NCBI GenBank assembly: GCA_963707985.1
Contig: CAVPRW010000014.1
Coordinates: 250,869-314,868, forward strand
DNA: 64,000 nt
Direction of reading: 5' to 3'
Origin: an uncultured Nitrospinota bacterium
GTDB lineage: Bacteria > Tectomicrobia > Entotheonellia > J063 > CAVPRW01
Under the pieces are notes generated by a model, which was not told the DNA's origin, did no database searches, and saw only the letters and a program-made list of their open reading frames with translations. Every line of letters starts with the position of its first letter. Positions within the stretch are counted from its first letter, which is position 1. Position numbers and translations under genes: made by a program. Positions 53,577 through 64,000 of this stretch are shown piece by piece.

Positions 53577-56500
53577 CTACTGGACGAAGTAGACATCGAC
53601 GTGGACATCGGGTTCCCCGGCGGCATTGAGCTGGAAGATATTCCCCTGCACAGTGGCGCTGAGCTCGAGATGCCGATGAATAAGGTGAAACGGGTTGACG
53701 TGGCGGAGCACCGTGCCAAGCAGAGGAAGCTTCTCCGCGAGGTTGATCGCTTCGCCGAAGAGCGAACGATGAACCAGGTCGCTATGTACATCGTAGTCCA
53801 CCCCGCCCTCAAGGGTGCTGTAGCCGTTGATCACCATACTGAACTCTGGCGCGCTGAGGGTGAAATTATTGGCGAGATGGACTTCCCCTGCACGCAGCTC
53901 AATGGGACTGCTAATGGTCCCGAAGTCACAGGAGTGTCGCAGCAAACCCGCAATCACTTGTAAGACCTTGCCCCTTCGATCTAACAGCGCCTTGAGACTC
54001 TGGTCCACCAGACTGCCAGGTAACGTGAGGGCCTTGGCGACGAAGCCGGAAATCAGGGTTGAGCCGATCACTGCCCCCTGCGTGATGCGAAAATGGCCGC
54101 TGCCGTTGACCGACTGACTCCACCTCGGTTGCCCATCATAGGTGCCGGAGGCTTGCAGCGCCGCATCGAGCATGCCCGACAGGCGGATCGGGTCCGTACG
54201 GCCTGGCTCAAGTAGGAAGATCGGCAGCACCAGACCCAACAGCTGCATCCGCTTCCCGGTTTCTAACTGGAGATCGAGTTGCTCGGCCGCCAGGTGCACA
54301 TGAAAGTCACGCCGCGGCCCCTGAAGATCGATGAAGGTCTTGGGTCCGAGCCGCATCCAGCCCCCGAGCGTCCGAGCGCTGGCGTCATCGATGCTCAGTC
54401 GGCCCTGCTCCACTCTCAGATGAGCGGCCACCGCCTCCCACGAGGCGGAGTCCCAGTCCACCCGTGCGAGACGGACATTGCCAGTATACGTGAGGTCGCG
54501 GAGTGACGCCCCATCATCCACCGCGACATGCCCAACTAGACTCCCGTCGAGCTTAAGCGGGCCGGTAATCTGGAGGCGGTCGGGCAGTAATTCCCCAACG
54601 AGTCCGGTGATTACCTCGGTGGACGCTTGCAGGTCCACACCTCCGGAGAGGTCGTAGTGCGTTGGGGTTCGACGTGCCACGACGTCCCGCAGCTTGGCTG
54701 TCACACCGTCTCCCTGGAGGCGTATGGCGCTGGTCTGCCAGCGCACCCAAGGAGGCGCAGTCAGCACGTCGCTCATGAGGCGGAAGGCCGGCAGCTCAAT
54801 CCGCATCGGCGACTCTCCACCCTGCTGTGCCTGGCGAGTCGCCTTCGGGACCTGCAGGTCGACACCCAGGCGGACCTGTCCACTGCCTATACTCTGTGCT
54901 GTGACTCGGCCATTCAGCAAGATGCTCGTGGACAGCATCGCCGACCCCTGCGGCATGAGGCGCACCGGCACCTGGTGCAAACGAACGGAGAGTTGGTCGT
55001 CGCTGCCGCTGAATGGTTGAGGCACGGCGACACTCCCGTGGAGCGTCGCCGTGCCTGCTTCAAACCTCACAACTCCCTGATGGATGTGCAATCGTCCAGG
55101 GGTCAGCTCGTAGGTCACATTCCCGCCGGAGAACTGCTGGTGGTGGAACGACCCTGCCGCGACATGCACGCCCCCCTTTCCCTTCAGGGTCTCGAACGGG
55201 TGGTCGAGGTTGCCTTCGGCCTCTAATATGACCTCGCTCCGACCGCTGATCACCAAGCCTCCGACGCCTGCAGTGGCGAGTAAGGGCGTCAGCCATGGGC
55301 CGTTAGCCCTCACGGTCGTATGTATCTCAAATCGGGCAGTCTCGGCAGGCGACAGATGCACACGGCCCTGATGCAGGGTCACCGCCAGGTCGTCGCTCTG
55401 CATGGTCAAGGCGTCCCCCCACCAGGTGCCGTCGCGGTCGCGTCCTAGCCGGCCGTGCAAGCGGCCCTCCAGCACCTCGACCAGCGTAGCCGCTTCGTGG
55501 CGCAGGTGCAGACGCTGCACCCGTACATCGACCGCGAGGCGCTCGCCCTCATGGTTCATCTGCCAGGCGACTGTACCGGACACCGTACCTTCGACAAGGT
55601 AGGGGTCCCCGGCCGCGCCGTGGGCCAACGGCTGCCTCAGGGAGATGCGGTTCATTTCCACTTGTAGGCCCCCATCCCCCGGCGCGGTCAGCCTCCAGGC
55701 TCCAGCGCCGTGGAGCCTGCCGGATTCCGCGCCTAGCCTGCAGGTCGACAATCTCGAGCCGATCGGCGGATTTCACCACGGTAGTATGCACCTCGGTAAA
55801 GTTCTCGTCGAACACAAAGCGCTCGCTGGTCACAGCAAGACGCCAGCCCATCGCCGGCCATACCGGCTCCCGGAAGGGGACAGTGAGCTGTCCATCCACG
55901 TGCACCCGATCTGGAAACTCTCCTGGTACTTCGGGGACCAGCGCGGCGACCAATGATCCGGTGAGGTTGCCGTCTACCTGCAGCGTGAGCTGGGGCGTGG
56001 GGCCAAAGTCCGCCGCACTGCCGCGCAGCGACAACTGGGCTTCGGTGGCATGCAACTGACACGCCTCTGCATCCACACGTGTATACGGCGGTTGCAGCTG
56101 CAGGGTGCAGGCCACGGCCACACGCGTGAGATGCGGATCGCGTTGGCCAAGCGTCCCCGGTGCCAGGGCAAACGTGGGCACCTGCACAGAGGTCTCCAGC
56201 ATCAATCCATTGCCCTGCGGGGTGAGTCGCCCGGTCGCCTCAGCGATCGTCACCGCTTGAAAGGCAGGGCCCAATAGTTGGCCTAGGTGGATGTCTGCCA
56301 GCCGCCATTGCAGCGTCGGATCTGTGGCGAGATCCTGGAGCGAGAGCTCGCCTTGTAGAGCGATCGCACCACCAGCGACACTGGCATCAGCCTGGGTGAT
56401 CGTCAGCCGCCCTCCTGCCACGTGCAGCCCCATAGCCACATCTGTGAGCTCTGCCGCCTCATCCAGGCGCAAGGTTCCGTGGCTTACCGCTACCGTCACC

Positions 56501-56976
56501 TGACGATTGAACCGGGAGGTGATGCCGGTGGCATCGGGCCGTGCTGGCGTACTCGTCTCAAGCGACTTGAGCAACGACGTCAGATTCCACTGCCCGTCCT
56601 GACGTTTCCGCAGGGCGATGTATACCGTATCCAGATATAGAGTGATGGGTTTGGTCGAGAGCAAGAGGGACACCAAGGGTAGGTTGACCGTGACAGTGCC
56701 AACCCGCACGAGTATCGGTGCCTGTGGTGTAGGCTCCTCGGCGACCGTCAGTTGATGAACTGTCACACCGCTCCACCAACCCCCCGTCACTCTCTGGACC
56801 GTAACCGAGGTTTGCGCATAGTCGCTCAGCACCCGCCCGAGTACCGAGGGTCCCCACAGTGCCAGTACGAGCGTTGGCAGGATCGCCACCAGCAGCACGG
56901 CGATCGCGACCGCCAACAGCCACCGCCATATCTTGTAGCCAGAAGCAGCAGAGAAGCTCAGTGGTGTTACAGACAT
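53577..56976 (-). CDS. AsmA/TamB-like envelope protein, frameshift near 55725
   Basis: N-terminal anchor, R.DGQWNL motif, long beta-rich body across two frames, AsmA-like C-terminus. Confidence 0.65.
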
Positions 56977-57169
56977 GTTGCCAGGCCTCTTGAATCTCCA
57001 GGACATCAGCTATTTGCCGATCGTCACCCACATCGCTGGTGCATGGCCTCCAGCCGCCGAGCCCTCAGGTCATCGGCACCCGTCCGAATACATGGCCACG
57101 AGCCGCACCAAGACCCACCTGGCCGCACCTCGGTGGGCGGCCAGGAGATTCATGACCCCGCCCGCCGGC

Positions 57170-57970
57170 CTACTTGGGGAAGAGAAATTGGAACTGGAAG
57201 CGTAGCTGCCAGTCCGCCGCGAAGTCGGGCCGCTCCACATTGTAGAAGGCCTGTAGCTGGGTGTTGATCGGGAGCTTGTCCAGCTTGAACAGTTTCCCCA
57301 CCCCCCCACCCAGCGGTACGGTCCACTTGTTGCCGCTGCTGGCTTCCCAGTTCGCGGTGATGATGGGGGCACTCACCAGGTACCAGGCGTCCGGCAGGTT
57401 GTAGTTGACGAACGGTTGGATCAGCATCTGGCTGACGTCCTGGTCACCCCACCCGGCGAAGGACCATTGCTGGTTCGCCAGCGCACCGAACACCCAGGGG
57501 CCTTGCATGGTCAGCGCTACGGCTGCAGGGCCCATGCTCCACTTACCGCTCCCCAGCACCGAGTCGGTCGCGGTCGGCAGCGTAAACGTAGGCCCCACAC
57601 CCCAAATGAGCGCGCTAGGCTTGGCTGGCGACAGAAAGAACGTCGGGTTGATGTCCCCTAGCCCAAAGGCGCTGTCGGTTTCCGGGAACAGCGACGGCTG
57701 GTTGATTATGGGGGCGATTATCCGCGTGATGAGATTCCAATCCTCGGTCAGGCGGATCGGGATGACCGGCTGCACGTTGAGGATGTAGATCGTCTGGTCT
57801 TTCGTGCCCGCGCCGAAGTTGAAGTTATTCTGAAATGGCACGCTGATCAGGTCGGCCACCGGGTTTTGCGTCTTTTTCGCCAGCTCGCTCTCAGTCTGTT
57901 GCGCGCCCAGTGGAGCCGTGATCAACACCAGGCTCAGGCACAGCCCGAGCCACGTGAATACTGTCTTCAT
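57170..57970 (-). CDS. Outer-membrane beta-barrel protein
   Basis: Signal peptide, LAKKTQNPVADLISVPFQNN, LNVQPVIP, FGLGDI, VPLGGGVGK, terminal LRFQFQFLFPK. Confidence 0.88.
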   Translation of the reverse strand: MKTVFTWLGLCLSLVLITAPLGAQQTESELAKKTQNPVADLISVPFQNNFNFGAGTKDQTIYILNVQPVIPIRLTEDWNLITRIIAPIINQPSLFPETDSAFGLGDINPTFFLSPAKPSALIWGVGPTFTLPTATDSVLGSGKWSMGPAAVALTMQGPWVFGALANQQWSFAGWGDQDVSQMLIQPFVNYNLPDAWYLVSAPIITANWEASSGNKWTVPLGGGVGKLFKLDKLPINTQLQAFYNVERPDFAADWQLRFQFQFLFPK

Positions 57971-58056
57971 GAGTATTGGTCTCCCTATCGGCCTGGTACT
58001 CTACCCTGGCTCAGTCGTGTGCAGGACCCAAGGATGATGATGATGTATCTCACCAC

Positions 58057-58456
58057 TTCGTCACTAGCCGGCCGGGATGCGCGACCAGATCGCGCAGCGC
58101 CGCCAGGGATCGGGGACACTCCCCAATAACCTGTACACCCCGCCACAAGCGGCCATGGGTCACATCGAGGCGGAAAGGCCCCAAGGGGATGTGGTGCTCC
58201 GGGTCATCTCGCTGGCGAATTTACCCGCGCGGGCCCTTGCCTACCCAGGCTCTGATTGTATCGTGTGATGCGCCCGGCGACAACTGAAAATGGGCGCATT
58301 GACGTAGCCTTGCGAGGGTGTGCCCGTGGCCCCAGCTCAGCCGTCTCTACCGATGAATGGCGCTTTTGTGGTACAGTTCCACGCCCAGCCCCTAGGGGAC
58401 CACGGTCTCCTGGGATGGCCGCGGCGCATATGTGGGCTCGGGGTAGATGATGCACT
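58057..58456. repeat. Imperfect direct repeat A (5' region of a wHTH regulator gene)
   Basis: Aligns with 59952-60275; 52-bp deletion and ~130-bp insertion relative to copy B. Confidence 0.85.
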
Positions 58457-58950
58457 GCCACGCCGGCAGCCAAGTGACCTACGTGGTCGTCCACCACAAT
58501 ACCCACTTCCAGCCTTATGAAAGGGGAACACGTCATGCGACGTTTGGTGTGGATCATTGGTCTCGCGGTGCGCCTGTGGCCTCAGCACAGACCACAGGGC
58601 GCAGGAGGTAACGGGAAATGAGCGACAGGGCAGCCGCTCGACGGCCACGACGGACCGAGAGTACTCTGCCGAATCTGCTCCTCTTCCTGACTACAGCAAG
58701 GGACTGGTGTCCAGTCGGCAATCGTGATGACAATTCCACGCTTGGCCTTCCATTTTAGCCAAGGAAAGGTGTCCCATAACCGCCCCAACCTGGCACATCC
58801 CCAGTAGGCCGCCTTCCGTGTGTGACATTGGCCAGCAGGGCCTAGTCGCACTGATTGTCTTACCCTTGGCTATGCTACAATAGATACACGTCGTGGCCTC
58901 CTCAGCTTGGCGACGGCGATTCGTGCATCACGATAACTCGGAGGGACGAT

Positions 58951-59220
58951 ATGACCAGCTTTCCCTGGCAAATTAAGGAAGCCGTGCAACGCGCTTTAGA
59001 CGAGCTTCCGGCCGAGAAGCTCGAAGAGGTGTTAGATTTTGCGTTGTTTCTCAAAACACGTTGGACTGAAAAAGGAGGGCCACAGGAGACGACCCAGGAG
59101 TCCACGAAGTTAATTCTGCACACACTGCCGGCTTCACACCTGGATCGCTTGACAGGACTGGTGACGTGGGGTGGGGACGCTGTTGCTGACGCCGAGCGGC
59201 TCTACGATGACCACCCCTAA
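58951..59220 (+). CDS. Putative antitoxin (DUF2281-like)
   Basis: LDELPAEKLEEVLDFALFLK; GGAGG RBS; overlaps the PIN gene; extended -10 TGcTACAAT at 58873-81. Confidence 0.75.
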   Translation: MTSFPWQIKEAVQRALDELPAEKLEEVLDFALFLKTRWTEKGGPQETTQESTKLILHTLPASHLDRLTGLVTWGGDAVADAERLYDDHP

Positions 59221-59692
59221 ACAGGTCTTGATTGATACGAACGTTCTCGTCGCTCTCGTCGATGCCCGCGATACATGGCATGCCAGTGCTCAAGCTGTGC
59301 GCGAATCGCTCAAGACGACAGCCGTCTCTGTCGTCTACTGCGATGCTGTGCTGAACGAGGCCATCGGTGTTTTAGGCCGACGTGCGCAAGAACAAAGACG
59401 CGTCGCCCAATTCGCTAGCCTCGTTGATGCCTTGGTGCACGAGGTACCAACCGAAATTATCGTCTGGCTCTCGTCCGAGATCCAAGGCTTGTATGGTCAA
59501 GTGATAGCGTTGGTGCGCAGCACCTCAGGCGAACTCAATTTCCATGATGCGCTGATCGCCCTTGGTTGCCGATTGCTGGGCATTGAAGTCATTGCCAGTT
59601 TTGATCGTGATTTTGATCAGGTTGCCTGGTTGACCCGAGTTGATACACCAGAAGCTATCAGAGCTGTTTTCGCGCAGCCTCCAACCAATTAG
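59207..59692 (+). CDS. vapC: PIN-domain (VapC-like) ribonuclease toxin
   Basis: VLIDTNVLVAL, LNE, LNFHDALIA, IASFDRDF. Confidence 0.9.
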   Translation: MTTPKQVLIDTNVLVALVDARDTWHASAQAVRESLKTTAVSVVYCDAVLNEAIGVLGRRAQEQRRVAQFASLVDALVHEVPTEIIVWLSSEIQGLYGQVIALVRSTSGELNFHDALIALGCRLLGIEVIASFDRDFDQVAWLTRVDTPEAIRAVFAQPPTN

Positions 59693-59769
59693 TCCAACAA
59701 TGAACCCCATCAACAACTTCTGTTGTCCTGAGCGAGAGGCGGCGACGTACACGCTGATTTTCATGACTG

Positions 59770-60107
59770 TCGCCTGGCTCAGGCCAAGAGCATCGGGCTC
59801 AGGGCACTACTCGCCACTCTAACGCCGTGGCCTGCTGGCCGAGGCGAGCACCTGCTGGAAACAGGTTCCTGCCTGTGAGACATCCGGGTTCTGCCGGCAG
59901 AGTAGCTCGGTGAGGTGCGTCCCCGCCCAGGCCTGGCGTCACAGCTCCGCTTTCGTCACCTGCCGGCCGGGACGTGCGACCAGATCGCCGCAGCACCGCC
60001 AGGGAGCGGGGGCGCAACCCCATGACCTGTTCCTCCCGCCACAAGCGGCTATGGGTCACATCGAGGCGGAAAGGCCCCAAGGGGATGTGGTGCTCCGGCT
60101 CCATCAC
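59770..60107 (-). pseudogene. Remnant of a wHTH-ATPase-TPR regulator: N- and C-termini joined, middle deleted
   Basis: MEPEHHIPLGPFRLDVTHSRLWREEQVMGLRPRSLAVL, then fragments TCFQQVLA and QQATALEWR. Confidence 0.7.
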
Positions 60108-60275
60108 GTCCTCCTCCGCGGCAGCTTACACAGCATTTACACCGCTCCGGGTCATCTAGCGAGCGAATTTACACGCGCGGGCCCTATGCCTACACGGGCC
60201 TCGCCCAGCCCCCAGGGACCCCCATGGCCTGGGATGGCCGAGGCGAATATGTGGGCTCGGGGCAGGTGACGCACT
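59952..60275. repeat. Imperfect direct repeat B
   Basis: Homologous to 58057-58456, e.g. ATGGGTCACATCGAGGCGGAAAGGCCCCAAGGGGATGTGGTGCTCCGG is identical. Confidence 0.85.
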
Positions 60276-60908
60276 TCCGCTCATTGAAGGCGTTGCTGGC
60301 ATTCATGGGCCGGGTGCTCACCGACGTGCAGGACCAAGCGGCCGCGCCGTGAGCGCGCCGGGCGTGGCGGCCGTCAGGCGGTGGCCCCAAGGCAGAGACA
60401 CTCTGTCCCAGTCGTGGGCCACATTGTCCCAACCGCTAGCCCGCCGCTGGCAGCTCCTCGCTCGGCGCGTCCCGAGCGGGCCGATGCAGCTCGTGTGGAT
60501 CGGGCTGGCACGCTTCTTGTGCCACTACCCACATGGGTCGACGCCCGGACGGCGGTTCGCCCGGACCACTAGGCGGCCCGACGTCCCAGGGGATGGGAGT
60601 GACCGTAGCCCCGATTGTCGCATGGCGAGACGGCCACGAAGAGGTGGCGACCGACCAACGTATGCAACGAAGCCGGCAGCCTGGCCGGTAATCAAGAGGG
60701 AGCCATCACCGCCGGTCCTGAGGTTGGTCAGCTGCGACCGTCATAGTGGCGCTCGGGGGTCACTTCCGGCAGGCGCTTGACGTGATGGCCTTACCGGAGC
60801 AGGTGCACGGCGCCGACCGACGGTCACTAGCAGCGGCAAAAGAAAAGCCAAGCAGGTTAAACAAGGCGAGATGATCGGCGCAGAGTAAAGTGGGGGATGA
60901 GGTGAGAT

Positions 60909-63665
60909 ATGGCCTCTAAGATTATCGATGTGACCGACCAAAACGGTTGAACGAGGCGCGCGAGGCGGGCATTCCGTGGAAGAAATGGGGACCCTACTTG
61001 AGCGAGCGGCAGTGGGGCACGGTGCGCGAGGATTACAGCGAGAACGGCGACGCCTGGAACTTCTTCACCCACGATCAGGCGCGCTCGCGCGCCTACCGCT
61101 GGGGCGAGGACGGCATCGCCGGCATTTCCGACGACAAGCAGCGCCTCTGCTTCGCGCTGGCGCTATGGAACGGCAAGGATCCGATCCTCAAAGAGCGCCT
61201 GTTCGGGCTCACCAACAGTGAAGGCAACCACGGCGAGGACGTGAAAGAGTACTACTTCTACCTCGACAGCACGCCGACCCACTCGTACATGAAATACCTC
61301 TACAAGTACCCGCAAGCGGCTTATCCCTATGCCGATCTGATTGAGACCAACCACCAGGGCAACCGCAACGACATGGAATATGAGCTCCTCGACACCGGCG
61401 TCTTCAATCAGGATCGCTACTTCGACGTGTTCGTGGAGTATGCCAAAGCCGGTCCGGAAGATATCCTGGTGAAGATCACCGTGGCCAACCGGGGCCCGGA
61501 GGCGGCAGACCTGCACCTCCTGCCGACGCTGTGGTTCCGCAATGACTGGTCGTCGTGGATTGCCGAATCCAACCGAGCGGCCGAAAAACCAAGCCTCAAG
61601 CAGATCAAGGCAGCGGCGGGCACGAGCGCGGTCGCGGCCACCCACGCGCTGCTGGGTGAGTTCGTCCTTTCCTGCGAAGGCGAGGTGCCGCTGCTCTTCA
61701 CCGAGAACACGACGAACCACGAGCGGCTTTTCCCCGGACGACAAAAGAACGAGAGCCCCTACGTCAAGGACGGCATCAACGACTGCGTGGTACAGGGCAA
61801 TTAGGGCGCAGTGAACCCCGAAAAGCAGGGCACCAAGGTCGCGGCGCACTACCAAGTCAATGTCGGCGCCGGTCAGACTCAAGTGATTCGCCTGCGGCTC
61901 TCTAAGATTTCTCCGGACCAGAAGGGCGAACCCTTCGGAAAGCCATTCGACGAAGTCTTCGCTGACAGGCTGCGTGAAGCCGATGAGTTTTACAAGTCGG
62001 TGACGCCGCCTTCGGTTTCCCAGGACGCGGCCAACGTGATGCGCCAGGCCATCGCCGGCATGCTCTGGAGCAAGCAGTTCTTCTTCTTCGACGGGGACAA
62101 CTGGCTGGACGAGCACCACTCCAAACCCCTCCATACCGGATATCACGCCTCCCGGAACTCGGATTGGTTCCACATGCTGAACGAGGACATCGTCTCCATG
62201 CCCGACAAGTGGGAGTACCCCTGGTATGCGGCCTGGGACCTGGCCTTCCACACGCTGCCGCTCGCGATCGTCGATCCCGACTTCGCCAAGGAGCAGATGG
62301 AGCTGATGCTGCGCGGAGTCTACCTGCACCCCAGCGGCCAGATGCCCGCCTACGAGTGGAACTTCAGCGAAGTGAACCCGCCGGTCCACGCCTTTGCGAC
62401 GATCTTCCTGCACCGCACCGAGCAGGCGCTGCGCGGCGAGACGGACGTGGATTTCCTCAAGTCGGCGTTCAACAAACTGTGCTTGAACTTCACCTGGTGG
62501 GTGAACCGCAAGGACCGCTTCGGCAAAAACGTCTTCGAGGGAGGCTTCCTCGGCCTCGACAACATCGGCGTCTTCGACCGCAGCGCCCCGCTGCCCACTG
62601 GCGGCCACCTGGAGCAGGCGGATGGCACGGCGTGGATGGCCCTCTTCACTCAGAACATGTTGGAGCTCGCGGCCGAGCTCGCCGCCCACGATCGCGCCTA
62701 CGAGGACATGGTCGTGAAGTTCGTGGAGCACTTCTTCTTTATCGCCGCGGCCATGAACCGTCCCGGTCAGGACGGCATGTGGGACGAGGAGGACGGCTTC
62801 TACTACGACCTCTTGCGGCTCCCCGACGGCAGTGCCACGCGGCTCAAGGTGCGCTCGATGGTGGGGCTCCTCCCCCTATGCGCCACCATGGTCATCGAAA
62901 AGTCGGGGCGGGAGCGCGTCCCACGGGCGATGGCTCAGATCCGGAACCGCCAGCGCCGGATGCCCGAGCTCATGCAGTCTATCCACCCGACGGGCGAGGG
63001 GCATTTTGGCGTGGCGGACCGAGGGATTCTGGCCTTGGTCAACCCGGAGCGGCTCCGCCGGATTCTGACGAAGATGCTCGACGAGAACGAGTTTCTGAGC
63101 CCCTACGGCATCCGCTCGCTTGCCAAATTCCACGCGCAGCACCCGTTTGTATTCCACGTGCAGGATCAGGAGTACCGGATGGACTACCTGCCATGCGAGT
63201 CGAACACCGGTATGTTCGGCGGCAACTCCAACTGGCGGGGCCCGGTCTGGATGCCGGTGAATTGCTCATTCTCCGGGCGCTGCAGAACTTCTACCTGTAC
63301 TACGGCGACAACTTGAAGATCGAATGCCCCACGGGGTCAGGGAAGATGATGAACCTCTTCGAGGTGAGCAAGGAGATCGCCGACCGGCTCAGCCGGATCT
63401 TTTTCTGCGCGATGAACACGGCCAGCGTCCAGTGTACGGCGGCACGGAGAGGTTCCAGACCGATCCTCACTGGCGCGACCACATCCTCTTTTACGAATAC
63501 TTTCATGGCGACAACGGCGATGGGCTGGGCGCGAGTCACCAGACAGGCTGGACGGGGCTCGTGGCCAGGATCATCCAGCTGAGCGGCTTTCTGAATGCTA
63601 AGCGGGCCCTGGAACTTGGCACGCAGGCAGTTTTCCAGAGGGGCGCATCAAAAGCCGGGGCGTAA
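60909..63665 (+). pseudogene. GH63/MGH1-like glucosidase, copy 3 (in-frame TAG at 61802-04, frameshifts near 60942, 63262 and 63403)
   Basis: Full motif set from [13 protein letters not shown] to [19 protein letters not shown] spread over several frames. Confidence 0.92.
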
Positions 63666-64000
63666 GGAGGGGGGCATGAGCCGTATGTGGTTGTTGATCG
63701 GTCAAGGGTTTATCGCCAACGCACGTGTCTCCGAGAAGGGGCAGGTCGCCTTTTTCGCGGTAGCGATGGGTCTGCATTTTCGTTGTCATCGGCAACTCGC
63801 TTTATAAGGTCGATGGGGAGCTTTATGATCGCGTCGGCGTGTGGGTTTTGGGCGCGTGCGCGCCGGCCGGTTGGGGGATCGGTCTTTTCTTTCAGTTTCC
63901 GGGAACGCTTGCTGCGATCAGCATGCCTTCCTGATCGTGCCGTCATCGTCAATGCCTTGGTTCTGGAATTAATCGAGGAGGGAGAGGGTCGGTTCTTGCC

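Noticed and set aside
60506..60522. Sigma54 promoter TGGCACGCTTCTTGT
   Set aside because: The invariant -12 GC is missing.
61802..61804. TAG-to-Gln recoding, suggested by in-frame stops at likely Gln positions (also 17480, 17129, 51780)
   Set aside because: TAG is the normal terminator of many intact genes here (Uma2, delta-60, ctaC, channel, vapC), and the affected genes carry other lesions. C-to-T decay is the simpler explanation.
63666..64000. Short ORFs at the right edge of the window
   Set aside because: No recognisable motifs and the context is cut off by the window, so they cannot be supported.

Overview
GC-rich bacterial DNA. The mix of Uma2, DUF29, delta-60/DUF4214 and wHTH-ATPase-TPR remnants resembles Tectomicrobia/Entotheonella-like genomes, but this is an unverified inference. 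Left to right: (1) three tandem MoeA paralogues, one fused to a periplasmic-binding-type domain; (2) a degenerate IS630 with intact ends, then a Uma2 gene between two copies of an IS-end-like repeat; (3) a deletion-collapsed DUF1254/arylsulfatase/HAD cluster and a broken GH63-like glucosidase; (4) an ~8.8 kb accessory segment bracketed by a 76-bp inverted repeat, holding an orphan ABC binding protein, a lipoprotein, phage/plasmid-like remnants, a delta-60 protein, a solitary type I-E-CRISPR-like repeat, DUF29 and an HTH gene; (5) a ~30 kb minus-strand block linking glycogen/pentose-phosphate catabolism (glgP, pgm, ROK kinase, pgi, gnd, zwf, pgl, tkt, xfp/tal remnants), a GH63 glucosidase and a complete NDH-2/Rieske-cytochrome b/caa3 oxidase operon, with two identically built promoters carrying tandem DosR/NarL-like boxes near its ends; (6) AsmA-like and outer-membrane genes, a PIN toxin-antitoxin pair between direct repeats, and a third broken GH63. 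Many genes have 1-bp frameshifts (possibly sequencing error); others have nonsense codons or large deletions (probably real decay). I found no rRNA, tRNA, cas genes or CRISPR array. Family calls come from recognising motifs by eye, not from database searches.
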